A stretch of DNA of 45,613 nt from Chitinivibrionales bacterium (GTDB lineage: Bacteria > Fibrobacterota > Chitinivibrionia > Chitinivibrionales > WJKA01), in contig JBBRUX010000032.1 in assembly GCA_038247415.1 (NCBI GenBank), forward strand, positions 1 to 45,613, in the 5' to 3' direction. This document shows, piece by piece, positions 17,678 through 27,642 of the stretch (position 1 is the first letter of the stretch; the number at the start of each line of letters is the position of its first letter). The notes beneath the pieces were generated by a model. The model saw nothing but the letters and a program-made list of their open reading frames with translations, made no database searches and was not told the DNA's origin. Made by a program: the position numbers and the translations under genes.

Positions 17678-18640
17678 ATGGACGCATCCATGCAATATCA
17701 CGTGCCTGTCTTGTGTTCTCAATCACTTGACGTTTTGGATGCAAAAAGAAGCGGCATATTTGTCGACTGTACGCTTGGAGGTGGAGGGCATTTCAAAGAA
17801 CTTTTGCACAGCGTAGGCCCAGGTAGCATGGTAATTGGTTTGGATCGAGATCCCGAAAGTATGAAGCATAATGCTGCCCTTGTTGCCCCGGATGGCATAC
17901 GCATGGTGCTTGTAAATAGCCCTTTTTCCAAGCTTGATACGGTTTTAGAAACCCTTGGTATTGGGCCTGTCGATGGCATTTTTGCTGATTTGGGAGTTTC
18001 TTCCCGTCAGATCGATGCAGCCCATCGTGGCTTTGCTTATATGCAATCTGCCCCGCTGGATATGCGCATGGATAGTGCACAAGAGGAAACCGCCCACACT
18101 ATAATCGCGCGTGCGCGCGTAGAAGACCTCGCTCAAATCCTTTCCGAATATGGTGAAGTTCTTAATCCAACGCGTATGGCGCAGGCTATTATTGCTGCCA
18201 ATGGCAACTCTCCTTTGTTGACATCTGATGACCTTAAAAATTGTTTATACGCAGAATATGGCCGCAATTTGCCCGTTAAGGTTCTGGCAAAAGTTTTCCA
18301 GGCGCTGCGTATTGCGGTCAATAGCGAACTTGCCGAATTAAAAACACTTTTGTCAATTTCTGAAAAGGTATTGGCACGTAGGGGAAGAATTGCCATAATT
18401 TCCTACCATTCGCTGGAAGATCGTATGGTTAAACAATTTATGGCATCTCGCGAATCGCCGTGCATGTGTCCTAAGTCAATACCACAGTGCGTATGTGGTC
18501 GTAGCCCTGTGTTTGCTAAAATAACACGCAAAGCCATACAAGCAACCGATGCAGAAATCGCAGCTAATCCTCGCAGCAGAAGTGCTCGTTTGCGCTGTGC
18601 AGAAAAAATTGGTGAGCCATGGGTTGAGGCACAAGTATGA
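17678..18640 (+). CDS. rsmH: 16S rRNA m4C1402 methyltransferase
   Basis: HVPVL, DCTLGGGGH, DLGVSS, PLDMRMD, SYHSLEDR and NPRSRSARLR motifs. Confidence 0.96.
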   Translation: MDASMQYHVPVLCSQSLDVLDAKRSGIFVDCTLGGGGHFKELLHSVGPGSMVIGLDRDPESMKHNAALVAPDGIRMVLVNSPFSKLDTVLETLGIGPVDGIFADLGVSSRQIDAAHRGFAYMQSAPLDMRMDSAQEETAHTIIARARVEDLAQILSEYGEVLNPTRMAQAIIAANGNSPLLTSDDLKNCLYAEYGRNLPVKVLAKVFQALRIAVNSELAELKTLLSISEKVLARRGRIAIISYHSLEDRMVKQFMASRESPCMCPKSIPQCVCGRSPVFAKITRKAIQATDAEIAANPRSRSARLRCAEKIGEPWVEAQV

Positions 18641-19050
18641 ACCAACTATCTTCACAAAATACGAAAATAGGAAACTGTGCGCCTGGTATGGTTGTCAAGG
18701 TTCGGGTCGTATTGGCTGGATGCATTGCAATGGCCATCATTATAGCCTTGCCGCTCTTTATTGTCTGGAAGCAGTCGCAACTTTCGCATTGTATTCTCGA
18801 GCGTAAGGAACTTGCCGATTCTCTTGGGGTACTTCGCAGAGATGCCATGAAACTTTCAATCGCGATGAATTCTCTGGAAATGACACACCGAATTCAACGA
18901 TTTGCCCAGGATGTTGGTGATATGGATTTTCCAAAAACCAATCGGATGCTTGTTGTGAATATGGATGCGATGTCTAATGTGAAGAATTCCCTCAAGACTT
19001 CCCAAACAAAACGCTTGCCACAAGCTTCCTTGCAAAAAGGGACTAACTAA
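18637..19050 (+). CDS. ftsL: FtsL-like cell division protein
   Basis: Position between rsmH and ftsI; cytoplasmic tail, TM helix and leucine-zipper-like segment. Assigned mainly by synteny. Confidence 0.65.
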   Translation: MNQLSSQNTKIGNCAPGMVVKVRVVLAGCIAMAIIIALPLFIVWKQSQLSHCILERKELADSLGVLRRDAMKLSIAMNSLEMTHRIQRFAQDVGDMDFPKTNRMLVVNMDAMSNVKNSLKTSQTKRLPQASLQKGTN

Positions 19051-19051
19051 G

Positions 19052-20920
19052 ATGGAGTCTGCCCGCACACGACTCTTGGTTATCATGGCCATCATGCTCG
19101 CAAGTGTAATCATGCTTACGGGTCGATTGTTTTATATCCAGATTGTTGCGGGAAACCGGTATGCAGAAAAAAGTCGCGATCAAGCCCAGCAGCGGATGAT
19201 TCTTCATGCCAAGCGAGGTTCGCTTTTCGACCGTAATGGTACATTGCTTGCCACAACACTTAATAAACCACTCGATTTACAAAAACAAGATTCTGACTCA
19301 GATAAAAATAGCAAAGGTATTACGCGGGTATATCCGTATGGCTCAATTGGTGGCACTATTGTAGGGTACACAGGAATTGATACCTACGGTCAAGGGGGCA
19401 TCGAATTATCTGCTGATGCGGCATTACGGGGAGAAGATGGATGGGCGATTGTTATGCGAGATGCCCGAAATACACGATACCGCAAAGCTGATCTCCCCGA
19501 AAAAATGCCTGTTAATGGTGCAAACGTTTATCTGTCGCTCGATATTGCGTTGCAGGAAATCGTTCAAAAGACACTTCTACAGACTATTGAACAATTTGCA
19601 GCACGTGGTGGAATGGCAATGGTGATGGATCCGCAAACGGGCGAGATACTTGCCATGGCCGATGAACTTGGTTTTAATCCCAATACCCCCTCCCGTTTTT
19701 CTCTTGCAAATCGACGAAACCGCTGCATATCGGATATTTATGAGCCTGGGTCAACGTTTAAAGTTATTACCTCAGCAACAGCGCTTATGGACAATATCCT
19801 CAAAGAATCAGATTCGATCAACGGCGATGGGGGAGCCTATGTTGTGTTTAATGAAACAATTCGCGACCATAAACCCTACGGAATGCTTTCATTTACCGAT
19901 GCGCTTGCCTTTTCTAGCAATGTCTGTTTTGCCAAAATTGCAAACATGGTTGGCAATGAACGACTCTACCGCTACGCCAAAAATTTTGGATTTGGAGCTA
20001 ACAGCGGGTTGGATCTGCCTGGAGAAGAGGATGGTATTGTTCATCCGATAAAAAATTGGTCGGGAAGAACCCGTGTTACCATGGCAATAGGTCAGGAAGT
20101 ATCGGTTACCTTTTTGCAAATGATGTTGGCATTTTCCTGCGTCGCAAACGATGGCGTACTTCGTAAGCCGTCAATTATTCGATCTGTCGAATATCCAGCG
20201 CATCAGATTATTCCTACAAAAAGAGCTGCTGTACGACAGGTTATTTCTCCTGCAGTAGCACGACGATTACGCACCATGATGGTAGAAGTGGTTGCCCGGG
20301 GAACCGGAAAAACCGCCGATTTGCCGGGGGTTCTTGTCGGTGGTAAAACAGGAACCAGCCAAAAAATTGATGCGCAAACCGGGGCCTATTCAAATTCCCT
20401 TTTCTGTTCGTCTTTTATAGGATTTGCGCCTATCGACAAGCCTGCACTTGTATGTGGTGTACTTATTGACGAACCCTTGGGGGGTGAAACCGGTGGTATG
20501 GCGGCTGCTCCGGCGTTTTCAAAAATATTACATGAAATCATCAGCAGGCCTACTCTTGGGTACGCAGAAAAAATTCTCAATACATCCTACGATTCAGTTG
20601 TGGCGCAAACTGCTCATATGTCTGCGCTCGCACAAAGATTACCGGGAATAAATAAAATGATCAAAGATACGCTTGGCACTTCTAAACCACGTGGCATCGA
20701 TTCCTTACAATCGGATACACTTGGCGCGCTTGCAGGTGTGAATAAACAGATACCTAATTGTGTGGGAATAGAACTCCGTACTGCAATTGATACACTCATG
20801 CACTATGGAATTAAACCTTGTGTCAATGGGTTTGGTTTAGTGGTTAGTCAACGACCACGGCCTTCACGATATAATGAGGCCACTGCGGCATGTACCTTAT
20901 ATTGTTCGATGGGAGGTTAA
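19052..20920 (+). CDS. ftsI: Class B penicillin-binding protein (FtsI/PBP3) with C-terminal PASTA-like domain
   Basis: N-terminal TM, RGSLFDRNG, active-site motifs STFK, SSN and KTG; C-terminal IPNCVGIELRTA...VVSQRP. Confidence 0.93.
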   Translation: MESARTRLLVIMAIMLASVIMLTGRLFYIQIVAGNRYAEKSRDQAQQRMILHAKRGSLFDRNGTLLATTLNKPLDLQKQDSDSDKNSKGITRVYPYGSIGGTIVGYTGIDTYGQGGIELSADAALRGEDGWAIVMRDARNTRYRKADLPEKMPVNGANVYLSLDIALQEIVQKTLLQTIEQFAARGGMAMVMDPQTGEILAMADELGFNPNTPSRFSLANRRNRCISDIYEPGSTFKVITSATALMDNILKESDSINGDGGAYVVFNETIRDHKPYGMLSFTDALAFSSNVCFAKIANMVGNERLYRYAKNFGFGANSGLDLPGEEDGIVHPIKNWSGRTRVTMAIGQEVSVTFLQMMLAFSCVANDGVLRKPSIIRSVEYPAHQIIPTKRAAVRQVISPAVARRLRTMMVEVVARGTGKTADLPGVLVGGKTGTSQKIDAQTGAYSNSLFCSSFIGFAPIDKPALVCGVLIDEPLGGETGGMAAAPAFSKILHEIISRPTLGYAEKILNTSYDSVVAQTAHMSALAQRLPGINKMIKDTLGTSKPRGIDSLQSDTLGALAGVNKQIPNCVGIELRTAIDTLMHYGIKPCVNGFGLVVSQRPRPSRYNEATAACTLYCSMGG

Positions 20921-21094
20921 ATGTCCTTACAGGAATATATGTGTGCTCAAATTGAAGCGATTCATGCGTCAATGGATCAGAATACATTACAGGACGAAGC
21001 TTCGGTTGCTCAAGCTACAATGGTGTGGATCGAGCATCATGCAGAAGGGTTTCGTAAAGAGTGGGAAAATCAGAACAGTGTGCGCAGCGCATGA
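20921..21094 (+). CDS. 57-aa hypothetical protein inside the dcw operon
   Basis: MSLQEYMCAQIEAIHASMDQNTLQDEASVAQATMVWIEHHAEGFRKEWENQNSVRSA*. The ATG directly follows the ftsI stop, GGGAGG lies 4 nt upstream, and the ORF fills the ftsI-murE gap. Below the ORF-track size cutoff. Confidence 0.75.
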   Translation: MSLQEYMCAQIEAIHASMDQNTLQDEASVAQATMVWIEHHAEGFRKEWENQNSVRSA

Positions 21095-21122
21095 ACACCC
21101 AGTATAAGAAAGAATCTCGATA

Positions 21123-22604
21123 ATGTATTTGCACGAATTGTTTGCAGATATCCCGCACTGTCAGATCATGGGTCTTAATAATCCAATGATCACTGATATT
21201 GCCTACGATTCGCGCAAGGTTAAGCCAGGGTCGCTATTTGTTGTTCGGTCGGGTAATCATGCACAGGGCACAGATTTTATTGGAGATGCCTGCGCCCGGG
21301 GAGCGGTTGCTTTACTTATAGAAAAAGAAATCCTTAACGATTTTTCACTTCCTTGTATTATGTGCAAGGATGTGCGACATGCAAGCGGAAGTGCTGCAAG
21401 CCGTTTGTTTGCTATAGAACATAAAAATCTAACCATGGTGGGGATTATTGGTACCAACGGAAAAACCACGAGTACGTTTCTTATGAGAGCTCTTCTTGCA
21501 TCACAGTATCTATCGACCGAAACCTGGGCTTATACCACCATTGGGTATTTTCTTGGCGGTGCTATGCTTGACGCACCTAATACAACACCCGAATCAATTG
21601 ATATTATGCGTCAAATTGCACACAGCGAAATAATGCCGAAAGCCGTGTGTATGGAAGTTTCTTCACATGCGCTTGCACTGTCGCGTGTATATGGCTTGCG
21701 CTATGATATAGGAATATTTACAAATCTTACGCACGATCATCTCGATTTTCATCACGATATGGAATCGTACTATGTTGCCAAGAAAAGTTTGTTTGTTGAG
21801 TACTTAAAACCGAATGGAACAGCAGTTATTAATATCGATGATGCGTATGGTCTCAGACTTTCTAGCGAAATAAATAAACACAAAATTGTTCGATTCGGGA
21901 TGCACGCAAGCGCCGATCTCCGTATAGTTTCGTATACATGTTCTCTTTCGCAAACAACCATTGCGTTGGAGTACAATACCACCAATTTTGAAATTGTAAC
22001 GCATTTGCCAGGTCTTTTTAACGTGTATAATTGTGCGGGAGTTATTGCCGCTGGTTTTGCTTTGGGTATTCCTTTGGAAAAGATGCAGAATGCGCTTAAA
22101 ACCTTCACGGCAGTGCCAGGCCGGATGGAGCTTGTTCCAATCGAACAGTCATTTAAAGTTTTTGTTGATTATGCGCATACACCCGATGCATTAAAGAATG
22201 TTTTATTGACTATAAGAAATATGTGCGAAGGAAATATTATTTGCGTTTTTGGATGTGGTGGGGATCGGGATGCAACTAAGCGTGCGCCTATGGGATCTAT
22301 GGTGGCCGAGTATGCCAATGAAGCAATTGTCACATCGGATAATCCGCGCAGCGAAAATCCCCATACTATCATACACGAGGTTATCAAAGGTATTCCCCTA
22401 GATTTCCCACATTACAATATCGCCGATCGCACCGAAGCAATTGACAAGGCACTGTCGCTTGCCAAAGCGGGAGATGTTGTTCTTATTGCAGGAAAAGGCC
22501 ACGAGGATTATCAGGAAATTAAAGGTATCAGACATCATTTTTCGGATCGTGAAACAGTTTTACAGTTAAGTTCATTAAAGAAGGTGCATCATGAAGCCAT
22601 GTAA
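21123..22604 (+). CDS. murE: UDP-MurNAc-tripeptide synthetase (meso-DAP type)
   Basis: GTNGKTT, NTTPES, MEVSSH, DHLDFH, VDYAHTPD and AGKGHE motifs; DNPR indicates meso-DAP specificity. Confidence 0.96.
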   Translation: MYLHELFADIPHCQIMGLNNPMITDIAYDSRKVKPGSLFVVRSGNHAQGTDFIGDACARGAVALLIEKEILNDFSLPCIMCKDVRHASGSAASRLFAIEHKNLTMVGIIGTNGKTTSTFLMRALLASQYLSTETWAYTTIGYFLGGAMLDAPNTTPESIDIMRQIAHSEIMPKAVCMEVSSHALALSRVYGLRYDIGIFTNLTHDHLDFHHDMESYYVAKKSLFVEYLKPNGTAVINIDDAYGLRLSSEINKHKIVRFGMHASADLRIVSYTCSLSQTTIALEYNTTNFEIVTHLPGLFNVYNCAGVIAAGFALGIPLEKMQNALKTFTAVPGRMELVPIEQSFKVFVDYAHTPDALKNVLLTIRNMCEGNIICVFGCGGDRDATKRAPMGSMVAEYANEAIVTSDNPRSENPHTIIHEVIKGIPLDFPHYNIADRTEAIDKALSLAKAGDVVLIAGKGHEDYQEIKGIRHHFSDRETVLQLSSLKKVHHEAM

Positions 22605-23985
22605 TATACCAGAAGTTACCCTTACGCTTTCAGATATGGTTGCAGCCACCAAGGGTGTAACTACAATGTCGGCAAAAAATCTTAAACAGCGTGTGAATCG
22701 TGTCTGGAATGATTCGCGCAAGGTATCCACAGGGGATGTTTTTGTTGCGCTTACAACGGATCGTGATGATGGACATCGCTATGTGTCAACGGCCTTTGCC
22801 CAGGGGGCCTCTGCGGCACTTGTAAATATGTCACACCTGAAAACCCTTGGTGTTGCAGAACAAAAAAAATGTATTGGGGTTAAAGATCCCCTCAAAGCAC
22901 TTGGTATCATTGCTACCGATTATCGTAAACGCATGGCTAATTTAATTGTTGGGGTAACAGGATCGAATGGTAAAACTACAACAAGGTCATTTCTTGCAGG
23001 CGTGCTTGGCTCCTATTTTAAAATTGGTGAGACCTATACTAATTGGAACAATGATATTGGTGTTCCATTATCCTTTATGCGTTTTGATGGTGATGAAGTG
23101 TGTGGCATTATTGAAATGGGAGCAAATCATGTTGGTGAAATTGCAGGCCTTTCAAAAATAGCTCAGCCTGATATTGCAATTATCACCAATATCGGGTATA
23201 GTCATGTTGGGCTTTTTGGTGGGTTAACAAATACGACGTTGGCCAAATTTGAAATTGCTGCAGGACTGGATAAAAAACGAGGCTTTTTGCTCCTTAATGG
23301 AGATGACTCCCGTTTAGTTAAACATGCAACTTTGCACAATCTTAAAGCTGTGTATTTTGGCGAATCAAAACGATGCGCACTTCGAGCAACAGATATAAGC
23401 ATCGACGCAGATGGGTCAACACGGTTTAGCGTTAATGGTTTTGAATATACGCTCGCTATGACAGGACGGCATTTCGTGTATTGTGCACTCCCTGCCATTT
23501 TCTTGGCAGCGCGTGTGGGAGTATCGGAAGTAGAAATTGCCAAAGCTTTAAAACAGCTTAAGCCAGTTGCGATGCGGGGAACTATTGTTTCCAAGAAAAA
23601 AATGCGGTTTATTCTCGATTGCTATAATGCAAATCCGTCATCCATGGATCACGCCCTGCGACTTTTGAGGGATTGTGCATCACAACAACGCGTCGCAATA
23701 GTTGGGGATATGCTCGAGCTTGGAACGTATGCAAGCCGGCTTCATGTTAGATTGGGAAAAAAATGTGCGCAGCAGGATTTGCGCATTCTCATTGCTGTAG
23801 GAGCATTTGCCGGAGTTGTTGCAGAAGCTGCAGCTTCTGCGGGTATGCCAAAAACAGCGGTTTTTATTGCACCTGATGCAGAATCGGCAGCAGGTATTGC
23901 TCGTAAAGTCTTACGAGCAGGCGATACGGTTCTTGTCAAGGGTAGCCGTGGTATTCATCTTGAAACGGTATTTGAAAAACTATGA
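22591..23985 (+). CDS. murF: UDP-MurNAc-pentapeptide synthetase
   Basis: GSNGKTTT, NNDIGVP, EMGANH, DCYNANP, GDMLELG and KGSRG motifs. Confidence 0.96.
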   Translation: MKPCNIPEVTLTLSDMVAATKGVTTMSAKNLKQRVNRVWNDSRKVSTGDVFVALTTDRDDGHRYVSTAFAQGASAALVNMSHLKTLGVAEQKKCIGVKDPLKALGIIATDYRKRMANLIVGVTGSNGKTTTRSFLAGVLGSYFKIGETYTNWNNDIGVPLSFMRFDGDEVCGIIEMGANHVGEIAGLSKIAQPDIAIITNIGYSHVGLFGGLTNTTLAKFEIAAGLDKKRGFLLLNGDDSRLVKHATLHNLKAVYFGESKRCALRATDISIDADGSTRFSVNGFEYTLAMTGRHFVYCALPAIFLAARVGVSEVEIAKALKQLKPVAMRGTIVSKKKMRFILDCYNANPSSMDHALRLLRDCASQQRVAIVGDMLELGTYASRLHVRLGKKCAQQDLRILIAVGAFAGVVAEAAASAGMPKTAVFIAPDAESAAGIARKVLRAGDTVLVKGSRGIHLETVFEKL

Positions 23986-25358
23986 AAACACAACTTCCTC
24001 GTTCAGCAACAATTTTGGGAGCTGCAAAAAGTGGGCTGGCAGCTGCGACGTATTTGCGCAGCAAAGGAGTATCGCTTTTTCTGAGTGATACGATGGAACA
24101 GAGTGCTTTGGCCGGCGTGCTTGGCAATGCTGGACTTTCCGGAATCGCCTTTGAAGGTAATGCCCATTCTGATAGATGTTTACAGAGCGAATGTATCATT
24201 TTGTCACCAGGAATTCCGGCAGTACTACCATTGCTTATAGAAGCTCGTAATCGTGGAATTCCTGTATGGTCGGAGATCGAGCTTGCATTTAATGAAACGG
24301 CCGCAACAATTGTTGCTCTTACCGGGTCAAGTGGAAAGAGTACTACGGTAAGTCTCTGTGGAGCTGCACTCAATGCAGGTGGAAAAAATGCAGTTGTAGC
24401 AGGCAATATTGGCGTTGCTGCTATTTCAAAACTTCCGCAGTTGTCTGATAGTGATATCGCAGTTCTGGAAGTAAGCAGTTTTCAGCTTGAAACAATCGAG
24501 CATTTTAAACCGGCGGTAGCTGGCATTATTAATCTTATGAAAAATCATCTCGACAGGTATTCCGATGAACATGCCTATTATGCTGCAAAGCGAATGATTG
24601 CTGCAAACATGGGTCGTTCCGACCTTTTGGTACTCAATGCAGACGACCCAATTCTCACTTCGTGGGTAGCGGCTTTTGCTGCAACCACACAAGTTGCTTT
24701 TTTTGGTGTGGGCAAACCATCGCATCGGGGTGTTTATATTGTTGGCAACACACTTGTTTCTACTATGGACGAATCTGAAAAAGTTATCCTTGATTTACGC
24801 GAAATGAAACTTGTTGGCATGCATAATTGGTATAATGCCGCAGCAGCCGCAGCACTTGCACTTGGTGCTGGAGCACATCCCGCAAATGCTATGCAGGGCA
24901 TGTGTACTTTTACAGGTTTGCCGCATCGGCTCGAATACGTTGACACTATTACGGGCGTAGCTTTTTATAACGATTCTAAATCTACCACGGCAGAATCTAT
25001 ACAATGCGCAATACGTGCTTTTAATGGAAATGTGCATCTTATTGCAGGTGGACGTGACAAAGGTTGTGAGTTTGAAATTCTGCAAAGTGAATTGGCCCAG
25101 CGCGTGCGTGAAGTTATTCTTATTGGTGAAGCATCAGACCGTATTGCGATTATTTTTGATGGCCTTGTACCCGTTGTTAAGGCATCGTCTTTAGATAATG
25201 CCATGGCTCTTTCATTAGCCAATGCATCAATTGGCGATGTTGTTGTTTTTTCTCCTGGTTGTTCGAGTTTTGATATGTTTAAAAATTATGAACACAGGGG
25301 TGAGGTTTTTCGACAGATCGTTGCCAGGCTTAAAGCACGTGCTGGAGATGCGTCATGA
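23982..25358 (+). CDS. murD: UDP-MurNAc-L-Ala:D-Glu ligase
   Basis: SPGI, GKSTT, GNIG, LEVSSFQL, HRLE, NDSKST and SPGCSSFDMF motifs. Confidence 0.96.
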   Translation: MKTQLPRSATILGAAKSGLAAATYLRSKGVSLFLSDTMEQSALAGVLGNAGLSGIAFEGNAHSDRCLQSECIILSPGIPAVLPLLIEARNRGIPVWSEIELAFNETAATIVALTGSSGKSTTVSLCGAALNAGGKNAVVAGNIGVAAISKLPQLSDSDIAVLEVSSFQLETIEHFKPAVAGIINLMKNHLDRYSDEHAYYAAKRMIAANMGRSDLLVLNADDPILTSWVAAFAATTQVAFFGVGKPSHRGVYIVGNTLVSTMDESEKVILDLREMKLVGMHNWYNAAAAAALALGAGAHPANAMQGMCTFTGLPHRLEYVDTITGVAFYNDSKSTTAESIQCAIRAFNGNVHLIAGGRDKGCEFEILQSELAQRVREVILIGEASDRIAIIFDGLVPVVKASSLDNAMALSLANASIGDVVVFSPGCSSFDMFKNYEHRGEVFRQIVARLKARAGDAS

Positions 25359-26518
25359 ATATAAAAATGGCAACCATGGATCGTGGAATTTTTGTGGCAA
25401 CCCTTTTGTTGCTTGGGTTTGGTATTGTGCTTGTGTATAGTTCTTCATTTGCTATAGCTGCCCAAAAGTATGGAGCTTCCGATTTTTTTCTTGCTCGTCA
25501 AACACTTCGGGCTGTTTTGGCGGTCGTATTTTTTATTGTTTTTATCAATGTCGATTATCATGTGTGGGGCAAAATTGCGCCTATGCTTTTTGTGATTGCA
25601 ATTGTGCTTCTCTGCGCAGTACTGGTATTGCCAGGGAGTCATGCTGTCAAGGGCGCACGCAGATGGATATCGCTCGGATTTATGAGTTTTCAGGCATCTG
25701 AATTTGCCCGCATTGCGCTTGTGATAGTTTTAGCAGCAAAACTGGATTCGCTCAAAGATTCCATCGACACGTGGAAAACAACATCGCAGCAGCTTATTAA
25801 AATTGGAGTTGTGTCTGGGCTTATCCTTATCGAACCTAACTTGTCAACAACAATTATTGTAGCGAGTATTGGTCTGGCCATTTTATTTGTTGCGGGCGCC
25901 AGAATTATTCATATTGGGTCGCTTTTTCTTGCAGTTATACCGCTTGCAATTATTGCGATCCTTACAACACCGTATCGTTTACGTCGGTTAATTGCTTTTA
26001 TGCATAAACCTGAACATCAAGACGGTGTTGGATATCAGGCATATCAGGCCATTATCGGATTGGGCAATGGTGGATTATTTGGGCGGGGATTGGGTCAAGG
26101 GGAGCAAAAATATTTCTATTTGCCCGAGCCACATACCGATTTTGTTTTTTCGATCCTCGGCGAAGAAATTGGTTTTATTGGGCTTGTTGTGGTGCTTGGA
26201 ATTTTTACGTTCATCTTGTATCGTGGCATTCGCATTGCCCTTAATGCTCCCGATCTTATGGGGCGTCTGATGGCTTTTGGTTTTACCTTCATGCTCTTTT
26301 TATATGTATTGCTTCACGTAAGTGTCAATGTGGGATTAGTCCCCACTACAGGAGTGCCTCTTCCGTTGCTATCATATGGTGGAATGAGTCTTGTGTTTAC
26401 AATGGTTAGTCTTGGAATACTGCTCAATATATCAAGTCAGTGTACCGCGTCGCCTCAAGTTAAAAAAGGGGTAGGACGATTTGTCTCAAAACAAGTCGGG
26501 GGAGTGGTAACGCTATGA
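25355..26518 (+). CDS. ftsW: SEDS peptidoglycan polymerase FtsW
   Basis: Multi-TM; GARRWI, FQASEF, LPEPHTDF, GEEIGF and PLLSYGG motifs. Confidence 0.95.
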   Translation: MNIKMATMDRGIFVATLLLLGFGIVLVYSSSFAIAAQKYGASDFFLARQTLRAVLAVVFFIVFINVDYHVWGKIAPMLFVIAIVLLCAVLVLPGSHAVKGARRWISLGFMSFQASEFARIALVIVLAAKLDSLKDSIDTWKTTSQQLIKIGVVSGLILIEPNLSTTIIVASIGLAILFVAGARIIHIGSLFLAVIPLAIIAILTTPYRLRRLIAFMHKPEHQDGVGYQAYQAIIGLGNGGLFGRGLGQGEQKYFYLPEPHTDFVFSILGEEIGFIGLVVVLGIFTFILYRGIRIALNAPDLMGRLMAFGFTFMLFLYVLLHVSVNVGLVPTTGVPLPLLSYGGMSLVFTMVSLGILLNISSQCTASPQVKKGVGRFVSKQVGGVVTL

Positions 26519-27642
26519 GCAAACCTAGTGTATTAAACAATTCGCAAGCGCTACAAAACTCCCCGTGCATCATGATTGCCGCGGGGGGAACAGGGGGACA
26601 CATTTTCCCTGCATATACGGTTGCGCACATTCTCAAATCGTTGCATACGGTTTCGCTTATGTGGATTGGCACTTCGCGTAATCGCGAAAAAGAAGTGTGT
26701 CTTGAGGCAGGAATTCCTTTGCACATTCTCGATGTCACGGGTATTAATAAGTTCTTGAGCTTTCATACGATAGTTTCGATTTTTGAAACAATTCGCGCAA
26801 CGGGAACTATGCTTTCGCTTATGCGCAAAAATAAACCAATTGCAGTTATTGCATTTGGTGGGTATGTGTGCGCGCCAGTTCTGTGGGCTGCACGGCTTTT
26901 GCGAATTCCGTATTTTTTGCACGAACAAAATGCATACCTCGGTCGCGTTAACCGGCTGTATTGGCGAGGCGCAAAAAAAGTCTTTTTAGGGTTTCCCATT
27001 CAGAATCTCAATATGGATAATTCGCGATTACTTTTAACCGGTACTCCTATACGTAGTGCAAAAGATGATTATAGTACGTTTGCATACCCACAGGGACTGC
27101 GTCACAGCCAGCCTACCGTGCTCATTAGCGGCGGTAGTCAGGGCGCACAATCGATGAATAAATGTCTTTTGTCAACTGCAACCTATCTTGTGAGTAAAGG
27201 ATGTCAGGTTGTATGGCAAACTGGTAGTGCAGGGTTTCCAGAAATTTCAGCTGCAATGCAAGCTTATAAAAGTGTTTTTGTTTTTGAAACACTTGCAGAT
27301 CTGTATCCCTATTTTACCATTGCTCGCGCAGTTATCTGCCGGTCGGGAGCATCGACTCTTGCAGAGATTGCCTACTTTGGATTACCCTGCGTCATGATTC
27401 CGCTTCCGTGGGCAGCTGATAATCATCAATGGATTAATGCATCGATTGTAGAAGCGCAAGGGTGGGGTATTCGCATTAAGCAAAACGAAAATACAGGCAC
27501 GATGGTCGCTTCTGCAGTTGAGAAAATTCTTTTTGACAGCGCAACCTTCGAAAAAATGTCGATGCGGGCATTAGATAATTCGCCCGCAAAAGCTGGATGC
27601 GAAATTGTTGAAACTATTGCCGCAGAGGTAAAGCTAACATGA
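26515..27642 (+). CDS. murG: Lipid II GlcNAc transferase
   Basis: GGTGGHIFP, GGYV, HEQN, GGSQGA and RSGASTLAE motifs. Confidence 0.96.
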   Translation: MSKPSVLNNSQALQNSPCIMIAAGGTGGHIFPAYTVAHILKSLHTVSLMWIGTSRNREKEVCLEAGIPLHILDVTGINKFLSFHTIVSIFETIRATGTMLSLMRKNKPIAVIAFGGYVCAPVLWAARLLRIPYFLHEQNAYLGRVNRLYWRGAKKVFLGFPIQNLNMDNSRLLLTGTPIRSAKDDYSTFAYPQGLRHSQPTVLISGGSQGAQSMNKCLLSTATYLVSKGCQVVWQTGSAGFPEISAAMQAYKSVFVFETLADLYPYFTIARAVICRSGASTLAEIAYFGLPCVMIPLPWAADNHQWINASIVEAQGWGIRIKQNENTGTMVASAVEKILFDSATFEKMSMRALDNSPAKAGCEIVETIAAEVKLT

